From: an uncultured candidatus Porisulfidus sp. | GTDB lineage: Bacteria > Pseudomonadota > Gammaproteobacteria > Poriferisulfidales > Poriferisulfidaceae | Assembly (NCBI GenBank): GCA_965116025.1 | Contig: OZ220480.1 | Coordinates: 1,728,001-1,792,000, forward strand | Length of the DNA stretch: 64,000 nt | Direction of reading: 5' to 3' | Shown here: positions 62,851 through 64,000 of the stretch, piece after piece | Numbering within the stretch: the stretch's first letter is position 1 | How the letters are laid out: each line of letters begins with the position of its first letter | Notes under the pieces: generated by a model | What the model was told of the DNA's origin: nothing | What the model saw: only the letters and a program-made list of their open reading frames with translations | Database searches by the model: none | Made by a program: the position numbers and the translations under genes

Positions 62851-64000
62851 TCAAACCTCACGCCCTAAGCGCATCCAGCGTCGTTTAAATGCTTTGTGTC
62901 CACCTTCCATAACGTGGCATACTTCCTCTCGTACATGTTCATCCTGCAACGCGCCTTTTTTCGTGACCCTGCATTGACCGGATTTAAAGCCAAGGGCATG
63001 CACCATTTCAGCATCACCGTTGACCACGATATTGGGATTATGCGTAGCGATGATCAATTGCCTGCGTCGTTTGTTTTCAAGTATTTGGCGAACAATCAAT
63101 TCGTAGATAACATGGTTATCCAGGTCGTCTTCGGGTTGATCTAGGATCAATGGCTCTTCTCCAAATGCAAGCAGAAACGCTAGCAAGGCCGCTGAACGTT
63201 GTCCCTGCGAACCTTGCTCGATAGCCTCCCAATCATTACCACGTCCCGTGCGAGAATATTCAGCGCGCAAGTCATCCTCAGGGAACCAGCAACGAATGCG
63301 GTCCTCAAACTCGGGATGGTCTAATTTTCGCTGAAGGAATTTTTGGAAGCGTTTGCCAAATTCTCCATCAACAGTAATCAAGCGTTTCTTAATTTTTTCC
63401 AAAGTAACTTCCTTGTCTTCGGATCTTGCCTGCGCCAAATCAAATGCCAGCCCCGACTTTCCGTGATCAGCCTGCAGAATATCCTTTTCGAATCTATCAT
63501 CCAGACAGCCCAACATCTCGCGCAAACTGCGCTCTACGCTTCTAGGATTAAATCCAAAACCAGTAACCTCCATGCGAACAAACTCATTATCTTTCAATGA
63601 ATTCTGGACAAATTTTTGTCGAGCTTCGGTTATCGCTTGACGAGCTTTTAAGACTTGTACCCACTGATATTCGCTGTCAGTTTCCAGCTCACTCCCATAC
63701 TTACGCAATTTGTCCAGTTCCCTTATCTGGTTTTCCAACTGCTGCCGTTTCTGCGCAAGGTCTCCAAAGTCCCGAGGCCCTTGGACCCCCTGTTCAGCGA
63801 AACTGTCTTGGAGCGCTTGATAATCAGCTTTCGCCTTGTTTGCAGTCGCACTCCATTTTGCCAACCTACGGTCTTTCTTAATGGACTGTATCTTGTCCAC
63901 GAGGATACTCGCGGCCTTCGCAAGTAGATTTCGTGCCTCACCTGATGCCTGTTCCATCTCGGCTTTCAGAGCAACCACGTCCTGATCTCTCGCAGAATTG
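62851..64000 (-). CDS. TrlF/Ppl-like coiled-coil ABC-type ATPase, C-terminal part (truncated by window edge)
   Basis: GSQGQRSAALL signature, DQPEDDLDN Walker B, ATHNPNIVVNGDAE, MEGG. Confidence 0.82.
   Translation of the reverse strand, partial: NSARDQDVVALKAEMEQASGEARNLLAKAASILVDKIQSIKKDRRLAKWSATANKAKADYQALQDSFAEQGVQGPRDFGDLAQKRQQLENQIRELDKLRKYGSELETDSEYQWVQVLKARQAITEARQKFVQNSLKDNEFVRMEVTGFGFNPRSVERSLREMLGCLDDRFEKDILQADHGKSGLAFDLAQARSEDKEVTLEKIKKRLITVDGEFGKRFQKFLQRKLDHPEFEDRIRCWFPEDDLRAEYSRTGRGNDWEAIEQGSQGQRSAALLAFLLAFGEEPLILDQPEDDLDNHVIYELIVRQILENKRRRQLIIATHNPNIVVNGDAEMVHALGFKSGQCRVTKKGALQDEHVREEVCHVMEGGHKAFKRRWMRLGREV

Overview
GC-rich gammaproteobacterial chromosome segment. It encodes sulfide oxidation (fccAB) and may come from a host-associated symbiont (inference from the adhesin and lipoprotein content). 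Housekeeping backbone, in order: gltA; a MetX-family acyltransferase; sdhCDA/sdhB-sdhE; tRNA-Ala(GGC); glyA-nrdR-ribD-ribE-ribBX-ribH-nusB-thiL-pgpA; exbBD-msbA/lpxK-ycaR-kdsB-cbiX; ccmABCDEFGHI-lolE-lolD; napC; fccAB; mfd-csiV; mscS; nagZ. Five accessory inserts interrupt it. (1) A HExxH metalloprotease lipoprotein with a TbpB/Slam-type barrel lies antisense inside the sdh operon. (2) A ~6.9 kb FN3/Ig/Calx-beta autotransporter-like adhesin has a 19-C slippage tract in its leader, currently out of frame, plus a frameshifting microhomology junction in the barrel. (3) A decayed RM and antitoxin island sits between lolD and DUF2062, where comEC is often found. (4) An apparently intact RM island (Type IIG, Dam-like MTase, NotI-like REase) separates napC from fccAB. 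(5) A lower-GC TrlF/Ppl-like ATPase and Schlafen/AlbA_2 pair at the right edge is bordered by an internally deleted IS30. msbA and lpxK are fused into one 946-aa ORF. No CRISPR array, rRNA, integrase or reverse transcriptase was seen. Family calls come from motif recognition, not database searches.
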